Both the position numbers and the translations under genes were made by a program. Positions 48,470 through 62,747 of a stretch of 64,000 bases of DNA are shown piece after piece. Numbering within the stretch: position 1 is the stretch's first letter; every line of letters begins with the position of its first letter. Origin of the DNA: Octopus vulgaris (taxonomy: Eukaryota); assembly GCA_951406725.2 (NCBI GenBank), contig OX597825.1:41540001-41604000 (forward strand). Direction: 5' to 3'. Under the pieces are notes generated by a model, which worked only from the letters and a program-made list of their open reading frames with translations, made no database searches and was not told the DNA's origin.

Positions 48470-50560
48470 TTCTCATGGTGAACCTACTTCACCAGGCATG
48501 GCTTGAAATTTTTCCTAATTTTTCAACTGCATCTGAAGAGGAATTATTGAATGTGCTTCTTCAATAACTTCATCACTAAATGTGGAACACATGTACAAGA
48601 TAGACATTGCTGCATATTTAGAAAATATGCTCCCCTTATTCTTTGTCAAGATTTTCAGAAGCAGCATAATTGTATTGTTATTGAGTATGACAGTTTCTCA
48701 CCAGATTTTATAGCAAATGCTAAACATTAGTGTGTCATAGTATCACCTATCAAAGCACCTGCACTTTTCCTAATTTTCCCCAAAATCACTCATTTCAATG
48801 ATTTACTTAACTTGACAGTGAAATTATTCATAGAGCTTTATAGGCTTTTATTTGAGAGCATCACTGAACCTGTCATGTCACCTTGGTATGCATAAGCAGT
48901 AGTAATAAAGGATAAGTTTAACCTACTGACTTGTATGCATATACACTCCCACAGATCAGTGATATGATACATAATCTTTCTGTATTCAAATTTTTCTCTA
49001 CCTTTAGCCTTAAGATTGCATATCACCAAATATCTCTTACTAAGCCAGATAAGGAACATGCTGCATTCAAAGAAAATCAAGAATGTGTTAATTTTTGCCA
49101 TATTCCTTTTCTTGTTTCTGAAGGCTTATTGATATAGTTGTAAAGGAAGAAAATATAAAAGAACATCTCTTTATTTAGATAATATAACAATAGGTAAAAC
49201 GAACAAAACTGAACTGGATTTGAATGTGCAAATGTTTATAAACGCCTGCAAAAGCCTATACTTAACTCTGAATGATTCCAAGTCTGTTATATCAAAATAC
49301 TTGTCTATTTTATTAGGAACAGGTTAAATCAACCAGAAGTTGAAAGATTACACCCTTTGGAAGAGCTGCTACCCCCATCAAGGCTTACGTCACCTTGCAG
49401 AACTCTAGGCATATTCATATATTATCCAGTAATACACAATAAACTCTCAGATAAAATCAAAGTCTTAGAAGAAACACAGCCTTTAAATACTTTGAAAAGG
49501 GAATTTCTGAATGTCATCTTAGTAACCATTGGGGAAATTTGACCTTTCCTAGTTAAATGTGAAGTATCAGATATTACAGTTTCATCTTCTCTATATCAAG
49601 AAGACAAATCAGTTGCTATCATGTCAAGAACTCTATTTGACAATGAACTGCTCTATCCATCAATACAGAAAGAAGCCACTCCAGTTATTGGGGCTGTTCA
49701 GAAGTTGAAACATCTTTTTGCTGAACTCCATTTTACTCTCAACAGAGATTGATGATGAGCTGTTAATATGCTGGATAACTGACCAAAATACTAAATAAAT
49801 GAAATGAATTGTCTCAGCAGCATTGACACATGCCAAATGTGCATCTATTTTGCAACCAAATTATTTAAAATACATGAAAGTTTCTTCTCTTCAGAAACAA
49901 TGAGGGTGTTTCATTTTATTTTATCTAAATATCTATCCCACTCTATTGATGATGTTAAATGAATTTGTGCTTGTTGATTATGTGTCAATCTTATGCTCAC
50001 TCCTTTCACCCACTTGAAATTACTCTAATCAATGATGTTCAACCTAAGGAGCATCTTAGTGTTCACTTTAAAGAACTATCAGTATGATCATTATCTCACA
50101 GAAAGTATCATTTTGGGGACTAATAATGAATTCTCATTATTTCATTTTTGAATGTCCAAATATAAGTTATGAAACAGTTAATTAAGTATCAAATGTTCAA
50201 GCGCATTACATTTAGTGGCACTGTTGAATACATTCACTCTGAATGTCAATCATCATTGCTCAGAAAGAATGTGAAATTCATTTAAATAAATGAGAAATTG
50301 CTGCATGAAAAACTACACCTTACAATTCAGATGGAATTTACTTATTTGGGAATAAAATAGGATTATTGTATAGCTGAAAAATTATTAAAATTAGCATCTG
50401 AAATATATAATCTATGATACTTTTGAAAAACAGTATTTCTGATACACTGTTCTCAATAAGACCTCTTTTCTAAACAGTTTGAAATGATATGCCCCATAAA
50501 AGGGATTTTTGAAAATTCTCCTGCTGGCAATACATTTCTGGCTTAATTTTAATTTCCTGA
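48470..50560 (+). mobile_element. Decayed Ty3/Gypsy pol (RT and RNase H, probably integrase)
   Basis: YAYTLPQISDMIHNL..FSTFSLKIAYHQISL..DKEHAAF..FCHIPF (RT). PFLVKCEVSDITVSSSLYQ..VAIMSRTL..ELLYPSIQKEATPVI..HFTL (RNase H, ~49545-49745). LTRs not identified. Confidence 0.85.
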
Positions 50561-51129
50561 TAAATTTCTATTTCTCCAATATATTTGTGAAAACAAGAAT
50601 GAATCATACAGTAATGTAAAATTAACTGAGGCAAAACTATCATATAAACACGTTAAATGTCCAAATAGTTGAGAACCAGTGGTATCATTGAGTGATTTTT
50701 CACAATGTTCACTATCAAGTAATGCTAAAATTTCTAGAAAATCACATACTGAAAATACAACATCTGCAGTACAAGATATTCAAATTGTTGCATCACCACA
50801 ATCAATGCAAGAGTTATCTTTTCTTGGGTAATGAGTTGCATTACCCAAGCAAAAGAAGGTTACAAAAACTTGTAAATGATCACTTCAGTAATTATTTCAG
50901 GATGATGACTCTGGCTCCAGCTGACATTACATGAAGTAACCTCTGTATCAATTCCAGTCCATGAGGGGTCTGTAACCCCTGTACATAGTTACTCAACTTT
51001 GAAATTCAGTGCTGGAAATAAGTTGTGCATAACAAAGAGAATAAAATAAAATAAAAACACTAGTTTTCAGTGACCTGAAACTGATTTAGGAGTAAATGGG
51101 CTTACTGCTGTCCTGATTTGTATCCCTTT

Positions 51130-54120
51130 TTGGATACGCATAAATGCCACAAATACTCTTCTTATGTACAATGTTGAACTCTAGTCTCTTCAAGTTTAAA
51201 TCATTTTTTCATGACTGAGGAGTTTGGTGTTTAAGAGCAATGTTTCAATGTTACTTCTTGTTAGGAGTCTTGGTATCCACATTGGTCCAAATCTTCCAAT
51301 CATTCATGAGTCTAGGTTTGAGTCTGCTGACCATTCTTTCATGCATTTCTATTTGGTTGTCCTACGTTCTACCATTCATCTTTTCTTCCTCCATCACCCT
51401 CAGTCCTCTCATAATTGCATTTATTGATGTTGTATCCATCAACATTGACCAAATCATTTCTCTTTGTCCTTCAACAAATACTTTACTCTTTAACAATTTC
51501 AGAGTTCATTCTATTAATAGTTCAATTCTAAAATCACTACTTTTACTGGTATCTGTATTGTATTTGATCCTAGCATTTAACCTATCACTTCTCATGATCC
51601 AATAAACAATTCTAACCATATTGGAGTTTCTCTAGCAGTGATCCTCCATTTCATCAAAGCTTTTATAACTGTTAACTATGTGACTGGTATTCTTTCAAGA
51701 TTTTCTTTATGATGCTCAGTGAGATAATTCTTTGCCTTCTAATGTTCATACCTCTAAATTAGTATCTTGGATTGAAACTGGTGTTACCTGTAATTCCTTA
51801 TTGGTGATACTAAGTTGAGCCACACTCCTCTATTTTTACCTTCTCTATCATCAAAGCAACTTTTCTTAGTAAGAAACACGGCAAACGATTTTCTTTCAGA
51901 TGTTAAATCTCCAGATATAGAGTTGACCATATCCCAGATTACTTCTCAAAAGCTAGGCTTTTGAGTCTTTTAGAAAATTCATAGCAGTATATTGAAAAAC
52001 ACTAACTCTAGCTTTCTGTGTCTTTTCAATGGTTATGCCACACTGACTTCTAACTAAATATAGAACAGAATTACTTGCTTTGTTGTTTTCTTATAATTCT
52101 ACATTTGAGTCATCTGATCATTCCCTCTCAACATGATATTCATGTATTTCACTTGCAAATAACTTCTAAATTCATGATAAAGGCAATTTATAGCCTTAGT
52201 TCTTACATGGCTTCTAGTCATGCGGTAGTATTGCAGATGTGCTTACCTGAACTTTCCTTGTATCTGTCTAAACTCTTCAGAGTAGTCTTTCTTTCCAATC
52301 TGCTAGAAATCACGCTTTGTGATTCCTGTTTTCATAAACTCTAATGAATGTTTTGATCTCCTAAATTACTGCCTAAATTGATTTTCTTCCTGCCAAATTT
52401 GATGACACCACCACTTGACTGACATCCATGCTAGTGGAACACTAAGAGCACCATCTGAGCATGATCGTTGCTAGGGCTGCTGACTGGCTCCTGTGCTGGT
52501 GGCACATAAAAAGCACCATTCGAGCGTGGTCATTACCAGCATCGCCTTACTGGCACGTGAAAGACAACATTTGAGCGAGGTCATTGCCAGTGCCGCTGGA
52601 CTGGCTCCTGTGCAGGTGGCATGTGAAAAACACCATTTGAACGTGGCCATTGCCAGTACTGCCTGACTGGCCCTTGTGCTGGTGACATGTAAAAGCACCC
52701 ACTACACTTTTGGAGTGGTTGGCATAAGGAAGGGCATCCAGCTGTAGAAATTCTGCCAGATCAGACTGGAGCCTGGTGCAGCCATCTGGCTCACCAGTCC
52801 TCAGTCAAACCGTTCAACCCATGCCAGCATGGAAAGCGGATGTAAAACGATGATGATGATAATGATGCCCCTAGAGTTAGCAAGGTCTTTGAATCTCTGA
52901 TCAACCAGATTGTTTTGTATTTCAAAATCATTCAATATTGTGATGATTTTTCACAATTTTTTTTCCACTGCAGATCTTCAGATTGATACAAATGAATGAT
53001 TCTACAGAGCTTTAGATAATTCCTCAATAGAAAATACTTTTGCCCTTGATGTATCAAAAGCAGGTGGCTGAATTTGGCATGCTGGCCTAACCCACTTGCT
53101 TAAGTGAAAGTTGTAATTTCTGGTCAAATTCACTAATTTTTATTGTACAAACGTAGGCATTAAAGGTGTTTTAGATGGTTATCATTGTTCTATGGAGTCT
53201 ATCTTAACTAAGGCTCTAGATTCTATTCTCAGTTTGATCTTTTCTTTGTTTTTATTAATGATCTTCTTGGTGATATCATGTCTAAATTTGCTAGATTTGC
53301 TGGTAATAGTGTTGTATTCTTGCCTCAATGAGAAATCTGATTTGCCAGATATTGGGTGAAAATTGGTGATTACTTGACTTGCATTCAGTAACTTGCCAAT
53401 ATACTCAGTGGTTGATTACTTTTAACACAGCAAAAAGTAAACCTATTTACATTGTTATAGGATCATTGATGTTATTCTTATTTCTGTGTCTGATACTGTT
53501 CATCCTAGATTTTGTAGTGTTTGTTTTTAGGTTTAACTGTCTCTAAAAATCTTACTTAGAACGATTGTATTAAATCTTTTGCTAAAACGCTGGGTTATTT
53601 GTTTTGTATCAGTGTTGTCATTTTCTTTTCTATGACTGCACTCTTTATCTTTATAAGTCACTTATTTGTTCTTGTATTAAATACTGTTATACTCTTATCC
53701 CAGTTATGCCAGTGTTTGTGTTAGTATTCTTTCTTTGCTTTATTAAGTTCAATATTGAGTTTCCTTCATTTTTGGTTTTATCACAGCAGCTAGATTCTTC
53801 TTTTGCTGTTGGGACACAACTTCTTTATTTCTATTCTGTTAATATTTCCATGGGATTTCTTCAGCTGAAATTTCTCCTCTTGTTCCTCATATTAAGCTTC
53901 CTTATTGGGTAGCTCATCTTTCTACTAATTCTCATTGTTTTCACTGTTGTTGTCTGCTTTCATCAGAAGTGCTTCTAATCTAGCAGTTTTTTTTTTTCAT
54001 GGAACTCTTTTCTGTTTCCTGTTTCTCTTATAATCTTAATTCCTCTAAATTTTCCATTTATTTTATATTTTTCAAGAAAGGTTCTCATAAAATTTTCTAT
54101 TTCTTTCGTAACTCCCAACA
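51130..54120 (+). mobile_element. Decayed CR1/L2/Jockey-group LINE interrupted by an RTE 3' insertion
   Basis: FALDVSKAGG*IWHAGL (~53040-53090, cf. ALDISKAFDRVWH.GL), SILS..F.FFINDLL..ARFAGNS (cf. YADD), and VSKVFESLIN immediately after the insertion. Confidence 0.72.
52398..52867 (+). mobile_element. RTE LINE 3' UTR with five tandem units and (GAT)n tail, nested in an older LINE
   Basis: Low-divergence family copy that splits the NYRPISLLP/VSKVFE motif of the host LINE. Confidence 0.88.
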
Positions 54121-54309
54121 AACTAAATAATTCCTTTAGATTTTATTTCATATTGCTTGCATCTTTGTTGGGAATGACTTCCGACAAAAACAAAAAATAA
54201 AATCAAGTTTGAGGACTCTTCACAGGAACTAATAAAATAATGTATATTTGTTTATTTAGTATTTATTATTATTATGTTTTGTATAGTATACATTGTTCTT
54301 TTTTATTGT

Positions 54310-54509
54310 TTTGTTACCATATTTCTGTTGGAATAAATTATTCTTATATCTATTAATTTTGATAGAAATGAAAAATTTAGTAAAATAACTGCTATTAAGT
54401 TGGTGTTTGGAACATAAATCAAAGGTTTTAATTTAAATCACTTTAAAATGTAAAGTTTGTATGATAGAATCTGGGGCAGTCTCAGATGGATTGGTACCAA
54501 AAGAGTTAA
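54310..54509 (-). mobile_element. piggyBac-like MITE fragment
   Basis: Ends ttggtaccaaaagagTTAA; homologous to the reverse complement of 12008-12143. Confidence 0.5.
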
Positions 54510-56384
54510 ACATATTTATATATTGTATTTATAATATTTCAATATATTATAGATATGATGTTACTATACTTGTTATATTTTAGGTTTTGAATAAAATAAA
54601 ACTTTTTTAATTAGAATTCAACACCTCTGTTTTCACACATATTTGTCTTGATATAAATATAGTAGGATTTCACATGTATAATATAGTGAATTGAAAAATG
54701 TTTTTTTTATGAACAAAGATAATCCACACAATTAGTAGACAAAATTTATCTCTAAGTGTGTTTGAAATTTAAAAACAAGTGACTTAATTCTTATAAAATA
54801 ATTTCTCTGAAAATTGGGAAATTATTGAAACTTCAGTGTATTCACTATTTGCATTAATTATCTCAGATAACTGAGGTGTTTTAACTCACTTTATTACATT
54901 TGTGAAACTCCACAATATTTGTATTTTTTATTTAGAATATTGCCCTGGTGAATTTTTAGTTCTGCCATATTGTTAAGTTGATACTGTTTGAAACATCTAA
55001 ATCTTCTATTGTTTTAAGTCAGTAAAAATTGTAGTTGCAAATAAACATGCAAGTGAAATCATGTTCTAATTACAGAGAAATGAGAACTAAAAGAACCAAA
55101 CTATACAAGTCATAATGTCTCTTATGTTCTAACTTAGATCTAAAAGTGTTAAAATCAAATTATGTCCTTAATTGTGGCAATTATAGTGAAATTTGTCGAA
55201 ATGTAGTGAGTCTGTATCTAATCTAGTATAGTTTAGCATGAGACCATATCATAATTGCTATTTCCTGTTCTCTCTTATGGGCAAAACAAGTCTGTTAGTT
55301 CATCATATATAATACACATGTTACTTGACACATATCACAGAGGTGACAATACTTCTAAACTTAATATTTGTATAAATCTAAGCTCTGATTAGTTTTCTTC
55401 ATAATCATTCTGTAGTTTGCTTGCATAACTATCAGGATAATGCAGCCAATCTATCTTGTGTCATTATAAGTTGGTAACTTGAAAATCTGTCTATATATGT
55501 CCTCTCTGACACTGCTTCATTATTCTCCCACTTCTCTTGTTCTCCGTCTCTCTTTCTCTTCCTCTCTCTTTCTTTCTCTCTCTCATGCACATTCTCTCTC
55601 TCTTTCTCCTCCCTCTCTCTCTCTCTCTCTCTCTCCTCCCTCTCTATATCTGACATATAACATAGAAACTTATAGAAAGCAAGTTACAGAAACATTTTAT
55701 TCAATGCAGTTATATAGATTATTTTTAGGATGTTAGAAGTTTAGTTGATCCATGATTAATATAAATAGGTTAGTACTTGTTTACAAAGCTCTGTCTTACA
55801 CTGTCAAATATAATCTTTCCATAAGTTCAATAACAGAAGAAATTTTTATGCAAATTTCATCAAACTGCTATAAATTTGATACTGAATGTCAAATCTGGTT
55901 TATTTATCCTTTTGATAAAAATTTATGTCATATAAAATGAATAATCAAAATATATTTCACTTAAATTATGGACAGCAAAGTAAATATTTACAGAAGTAAT
56001 CTTTAAAATGTGTCAGGGAATTTTGATTAATGAAATAGCAATTTTTACTCTATGGAGGATCTAGATGGCTTCAGGATAAGCTGGTTGGAATTTATTTCAA
56101 TTGTTGGTTCCTATGTAAATGGTGGATTCAATCTTGACATTGTTTTTCAATTCATACATTATTCTGTCATCAAGTTCACATTTTCTTTGTGTTTCTTTAT
56201 CCATTTAGTTATTAGTCAATTTCAGCCAGAGTACAGTGCACCTGCATTCATTGCTAAAATACAAAGAACTTTTCAATAAACTGACAGTCTCATGAAAAAT
56301 GTAACTTCTCATTACAATTAGTATTTACAAGGTGCAAGATCAAACATAACATTATATTAAACTTCATCCTCTCTCCCTCCCCCA

Positions 56385-56426
<42 letters not shown>

Positions 56427-56823
56427 CCTGTTAAGTGGAAAATAAAACTCACTATGGATGCTTTATGGCCAAAGTGTTTATTGATTTAAATTTAAATCCT
56501 ATCACACTCTTTCATATCTAACAAAGTTAACAAAGGATCCTCTATGTAACTGTTAATCATGCTAGAAATAGTAGCAAAATCTCTCAAATTATAAAGTACT
56601 ATCTTAAAAATAGAATGATACATTGAACAATGAAGTTCACTCCCTGAAAAAGCACAAAAATAATAACATTGCTTATAAGCCTGCTTCTTCTGGGCTGACC
56701 TGCTTTAAACAACAATTACAAAGTTACACTGCTGTGTCCTCACTAAATTAATGGTTATAGAAACCGAATTAACAAAAAAAATAATCCAGATTAAAACATT
56801 TTCTAATATCTATCCCGAGAGAA

Positions 56824-57042
56824 GGTGGGGGAACTGACAGAATCCTTAGTACGTCAAGCAAAGTGCTTTGCAGCATTTAGTCTGTTTCCACATTCTAAGT
56901 TCAAATTCCACAGAGGCCCACTTTGCCTTTTATCCTTTTGGGGTGGATAAAATAACTACCAGTTGAGTATTGGAGTTGATGAAATCGATTTACAGACTCT
57001 CTTGAAATTGCTGGCTTTGTACCAAAATTTGAAATCAATATT
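56824..57042 (+). mobile_element. SINE, third family (fragments also at ~11460-11620 and 31870-31990)
   Basis: ctgacagaatc.ttag..ttctaagttcaaattcc B-box..ctttgccttt.atcctttt..ccaaaatttgaaa. Confidence 0.65.
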
Positions 57043-58225
57043 TAGCCTCAGAAAGAAATAGACTATCTTTAACCTTTCAAGTTCTTTTAGGGTGATTATA
57101 TCAATGCAGCTGGCATTCAATTTGGTCCAAAAGGCAGCTGAGTCTTAAGCCAGAATGTGGACAAGAATGCATATTTTGCAATGGTCTGTTCAGTGGAAAA
57201 ATTCATTGGTCACAAAAGTAGAAGAAAGAGGAACACTAGGTGTACTAAGATCAAGAGATCCATTGCTTGCTGGAATAGAGCAGCAGAAACCTGAACTTAA
57301 AAAGTAGAAGAGAAAGACTAAGGATACAAGAGAGTCATTGAGTGTAGTGTGTTGAAAAGCAAGGTTTTGTCACTCAAATAACACCCATATTTTGGATGTG
57401 AACTAAAATACTTGTGTGGATGCAGCAACACTAATTTGGATTACACTTGTGTGTAGCAAAAACTCAGAAACTTTCTAATATGAGTCAACCTCATCATTAC
57501 TCTCATTATCATCATCATCATCATCATCATCCACTCACCTTGACCACCACCCCATCAACCAGTCCTACAACTACTACCACTGCCACTATCATCACTACTG
57601 TCATTGTCATCATCTTCACCATCATCACCAGTGTCATTGCCACAGCTGCCAGCACTTTTGCCACTGCTTTTTATTACTGTTTTATGTCTGCTTTCCATAT
57701 TGGTATGGGTCAGAGAAGTCATTATTGTCAGAGTAAATTTTTATTTGGAACTACTGTTTCCCTACCAACATCATCACTCTTTTAATTGCTCCCTCTTCCA
57801 TGTCTGCATGGGTCAGATGTAATTTGTTGAGGCACAGTTTGGAATTCCCTCATGGTCAGATATGTTTACATGGAAAATTGGAAATGAAAGACACCACTTG
57901 CATGAGGATAACACTCATTTATAAATATCACATGATGTCAAGTCAAGGAAAGAGATTCTCACACACACACACACACACACATACACCCAGCCATGCAGAC
58001 ATATACACAAGGTGATTGCTCCATCTTCACAGATGATAGTCATCTCTTTGTGCTTCATCTTTGTCCATGGAATCTCTGACTTCCCATCTATGATCTCTCA
58101 GATGACTATTTAGTCCCTCTGCAGATCTGCATGGTTTAAAGTATAAGTGACAGACAAAAGTTGTAACTTCCACATTGTCTTTGTGTACTGCCTTATGCCT
58201 TGTCAGTCCTGAATAAGATTGCTTC

Positions 58226-58340
<115 letters not shown>

Positions 58341-58357
58341 ACCTGTGTTTGTGTGTG

Positions 58358-59586
58358 TATTGGGTTGGCTGAAAAGCATGTTTGGTTTTTGTCAATATTC
58401 AAGTTCAAGTACTTTAATAAGTAGTTAGCTTCAGCCTGCCACTTGCACATACACACTCTTTAGATACTTGACATTTCAATGTAGCTTGATGTAAATATGC
58501 AATGAGACAGGATGTATTTTGTGTGCCTGAGATCACCCTCAAAATGGAGAACCAAAACAAACATTATTGACACCTAATGCTTCTTCATTTTAAAAAAGGT
58601 TAGAAAGTGGCAAAAACCTGCAGGAAGATATGCACTGTACATGTAGAGAATGCTGCTATGGAATATATATACCAGAAATGGTTTTCAAAATTTTAGTTAG
58701 GAAATCTGGTTCAAGATGCAACTTGTTCTGCCCAGCCAACTGAGATTAACAGGAGCAAAATGAAGGAATTGACACCAACTCCCATTTTATGACCAGAGTG
58801 ATTGCAGATATTCTCCAAATATCCAAATCATGTATTGAAAACCATCTGCATTGACTTGGTTATGTTAGCAGACTCAGTGTTTGGGTCCCATATTGCAGAA
58901 ATGTGAAGAAAATTATCCTATTTTGAAGAGAGCAGTGACAATAGGTGAGAAATGGATAATCTATAACAATATGCAGTGCAAACTATCGTGAGGAAGCATG
59001 GTGAACCAACACAAGCTACCTCCAAAGTGGGACTTCAACTGAGTCACACTTTCAATTTGGTGGGATTGGAAGAATGTTGTCTTTTGCAAACTTCTGCCTA
59101 CAGACAGAACCATCAATTTGGATGTGTACTGAAACCAGCTGGACAAATTAAATGCAGCAATCCACTAGAAGCATCCAGCACTTGCTAATCGTAAGGGTGT
59201 TGTCTTTCATCACAACAATGCCAGACCATACACTTCTTTGAAAAAGTGGCAGAAGTTACTTGGAGCTTGGCAGGAAAGCTTTGCTGCCCCCTCCATATTT
59301 ACTGTGAATTGCACATTCAGATCTCTAATTCTTTTGCTCTTCAAAATTCATTGAATGAACAGACCTTCAATTCTGAGGAGGATGTGAAAATTCATGTGGA
59401 AGTGGGTTTTTTTTCCAGTTAATGCAGGATATTCTTTGTACAGGGAATAGTGAATCTGCTTACAAGACAGCAGAAGGTACTGGAACCAAACTGTAATTAT
59501 ATCATTGACTGAATAAATCACATTGTGTTTAAAACTTGTCTTATTTTTGTTTAAAAACAACTAGATGGATTTCTTGACCAACCTTA
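58358..59586 (+). mobile_element. Near full-length decayed mariner
   Basis: TIR-like TATTGGGTTGGCTGAAAAG / ttcttgaccaacctta. MENQNKHY*HLMLLHFKKG..KICTV..QKWFSKF, VWVP, VTIGEKWIIYNN, VVFHHNNARPY and PPYLL*IAHSD correspond to WVP, GDEKW, HDNARPH and YSPDLAPSD. Confidence 0.9.
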
Positions 59587-59819
59587 CATCTATGATGGGT
59601 TTCTCTCAGTTTCCATCAACCAAATCCTTTCACAAGGATTCACACAATTTGAGGGTCTCAGGGAATTTTCAAATGAAGCATTAAAAAATTTGAAAACAGA
59701 TGGAGAGAAGTTATAGAAAATGAGGAACATTATATAAAGGATAAAATTTGCAGTATTGGGTATCATGTTTGAATTTTCAAATTAATACTGAAAATTTGGC
59801 CAAGACTTTCTATACAACC

Positions 59820-59958
59820 TGTGGCTGTATAGTAAGAAGCTTACTTCCCAACCATATGGTTCTGGGTTCAGTCCACTATGTGGCACCTTGGGCAAGTGTC
59901 TTCTACTATAGCCTTGGGCCAACCAAAGCCTTATGAGTGGATTTGATCGATGGAATGA

Positions 59959-60004
<46 letters not shown>

Positions 60005-60034
60005 ATATATATATTATATGAAACTGAACGAAGC

Positions 60035-60040
<6 letters not shown>
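59820..60040 (+). mobile_element. tRNA-headed SINE head split by (TA)n
   Basis: Same family as 28106; gaaactgaacgaagcccatc resumes at ~60020. Confidence 0.8.
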
Positions 60041-60100
<60 letters not shown>

Positions 60101-60102
60101 TA

Positions 60103-60137
<35 letters not shown>

Positions 60138-60406
60138 AATAATTGTTTGAGGGAATATAAATCCAAACTTACAGGGAAAATATTCAATTTAGAAATACTA
60201 ATATCAATGATTAAGTAAATTGCAAAAAAATAATAAAGGCGTATATAATTGGTATATACATTTTTATTATTTTTTGGGCAATTTACTTAATCATTGATAG
60301 TTTATTGTTATTTTAATTTTAATATTTCTATTATACGTAATTTTCTAGATGGTGTAATTTAATTGTTCATTTTGAACTGATAAAAGGTGGTTTATTTCTA
60401 ATTTTA
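60138..60406. mobile_element. AT-rich pLTR-like insert in (TA)n with central hairpin
   Basis: (TA)n on both sides, hairpin at 60202-60299, right end related to 570-600. Confidence 0.5.
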
Positions 60407-60422
60407 TATATATATATATATA

Positions 60423-60545
60423 GGCACAGATGTGGCTGTGTAGTAAGAAATTTGCTTTCCAACCACATGGCTCTGGGTTCAGTCACATGGCATGGCACTT
60501 TGGAGAAGTGTCTCCTATTTCTAGAGAAACTGAAAGAAGCGCATC
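60423..60545 (+). mobile_element. tRNA-headed SINE head
   Basis: gtggctgtgtagtaag..gggttcagtc..ggcactttgg..gaaactgaaagaagc. Confidence 0.8.
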
Positions 60546-61069
60546 ATATACATACATATATAAAAATATATATATATATATACATAGACACACACACACA
60601 CACACACACACATGTATATATATATACATACATATCTTAAATGCATAAAACAGAGTTAGTGTGTGAGATAGTTTTTCTCAGAATATTTTTGCAGAATAAT
60701 TTTTTAAGAAATCTGGACATCTTTTTTTACTGCTAACCATACAACTTCAAATTAAAATTGTTAATTGTTGGAAGTCAAGTAGACTGAGATGTACGTATAG
60801 TGATATTGTATAGAGTGGAAGTTTTGAACTCATTAACTTGTAGTAATCCATTACCTTAAATTTGAAGCCATTTAGTTGTTAAACATTATTTTACTGGGCT
60901 TAGTCTTTTGACTGTCACCATGATGGTGTATCACCAATACTCATTTCAGTACATATTTCAATCTGGCATTTATTTTATAGATTTCTGCTTGATGAGCTGC
61001 TAACTTTGAGACATAGTGGGACATAATACTTAATTTAGCAACAACTGTAAACACACACACGTTAAGTAC

Positions 61070-61379
61070 AAGAATGACTGTATGGTTGAGAAGTTTGCTT
61101 CCCAACCACATGGTTCCATATTCAGTCCCTCTGCATGGAACCTTGGGCAAGTATTTTCTACTATAGGCCTATGCCAACCACAAACTTGTGACTGGATTGG
61201 TTGAATTGGTAGATGGAAACTGTAGTGTTGTTCATCAGCAAATGACAGAAAAACATGTTTATAAAGAAGAGTAGTTTGCTTCATAGTCCTCGTGTGCCAA
61301 TTCTGCCCATAAGAAAGGAACAACTAATACAATGTGACTGTAGGTCATAACACCCTGGCAAAGCTGGGGTGCATTGGTA

Positions 61380-61444
<65 letters not shown>

Positions 61445-61570
61445 TGTGTACACACATATATACATATGTGTGTCCCTGTGTGTGTCTTTGTGTCTGTGTT
61501 TGAAAACCAGAGTTGGTGTGTTTACAGCCCCATAAGTTAGAGGTTCAGCAAAAGAACCTGATATATTCAG
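61070..61570 (+). mobile_element. Bipartite SINE (head 61070-61222, internal (TG)n, tail 61485-61570)
   Basis: Homologous to 28106-28492. Confidence 0.7.
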
Positions 61571-61928
61571 CATATTCTTTACATGATAAATAAACTTAAG
61601 ATAAATAAAACTTTCTGCCTGTCATATTTTCAGCCTTATTTTATTTTCAATTTGCAGTATCAAGTGACATTAAAATCTTTGTCGAATGCATGTAACTGAA
61701 TTTAAAGAAAGGAAGAACATTTATATATATTTCTTTATTCTACCCATTAATAAGCTAACCACCTATTCATCTACTTTGGCTTTGCATCCTTTCATCATAT
61801 TTCCATTTATTTAATCCTGTGATTAATGCTGCTTTTATAGAAGTAACCAAAGACCTCTTTAAAGCATGTTATACAAACCTTGACAAGTAGTCCAATATTA
61901 CAAACAATTAGGAATTATTGGTAGACAA

Positions 61929-62032
61929 TCATCATCATCGTCATTGTCTTCATCATCGTTGTTTAACGCCCATTGTCCATACTGGCACTGGTTGGATGGT
62001 TTGACTGGGACTGAAAAACTGGAAGGCTGCAC
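61929..62032 (-). mobile_element. RTE LINE 3' end fragment
   Basis: (CAT)n-gtttaacgccc..ggttggatggtttgact. Confidence 0.7.
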
Positions 62033-62271
62033 AAAAAACAACAGTCAAAGGACGTGATTTTCACAATTCAGTAAGCTTTGTTCACTTCTTCCTCCCATAC
62101 TGCCAATAACTAGCTCAAAGCTACCTTTAAAATATAAACAAAAATGTGTATATATACATATATGTTGATAAGTTTGTGTCTAGGCCCATTCGTGTTGAAA
62201 TTTTAATTACTATCAGGAACTGTGGAAGTTTCTTAACATTTATGAAAATTGAAAGATTTAATATCCTTATA

Positions 62272-62645
62272 TCATCATCCTCGTCGTCGTCATCATTATC
62301 ATCATCATCATTTAATATTCATTTTCCATGCTAACATGAGTTTGATGGTTTGACCAGAGCTGGAAAGTTGGAGAGCTGCACTAGGTTCCTGTCTGATTAG
62401 GCTTTGTTTCTACAGCTGGATGCTTATCCTAACACCAACCACTTTACAGTGTGCACTGGGTACTTTTAATGTGGCATTTCCATGAGTGCTTTTTACGTGG
62501 CGCTGGCACAGGTCTCTTGCAGGCCAATCATCTTCACCACGGAGAGCATCCTTAACACTTCTGCTGTGGAGTATGGGTCTTCATGAGTACAGCAAAGTGC
62601 CAGATATCTTAGTCCTTTGTCATCTCATCTGAAGGTTCAGCATCC
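62272..62645 (-). mobile_element. RTE LINE 3' end fragment
   Basis: (CAT)n-ttttccatgct..ctacagctggatgc..gtgctttttacgtg. Confidence 0.75.
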
Positions 62646-62663
62646 AATATATATGTATATAGG

Positions 62664-62747
<84 letters not shown>

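Noticed and set aside
52418-52700. Regularly spaced repeats resembling a CRISPR array
   Set aside because: Whole units are homologous with no unique spacers, they lie in a LINE 3' UTR, the context is eukaryotic, and there are no cas genes.
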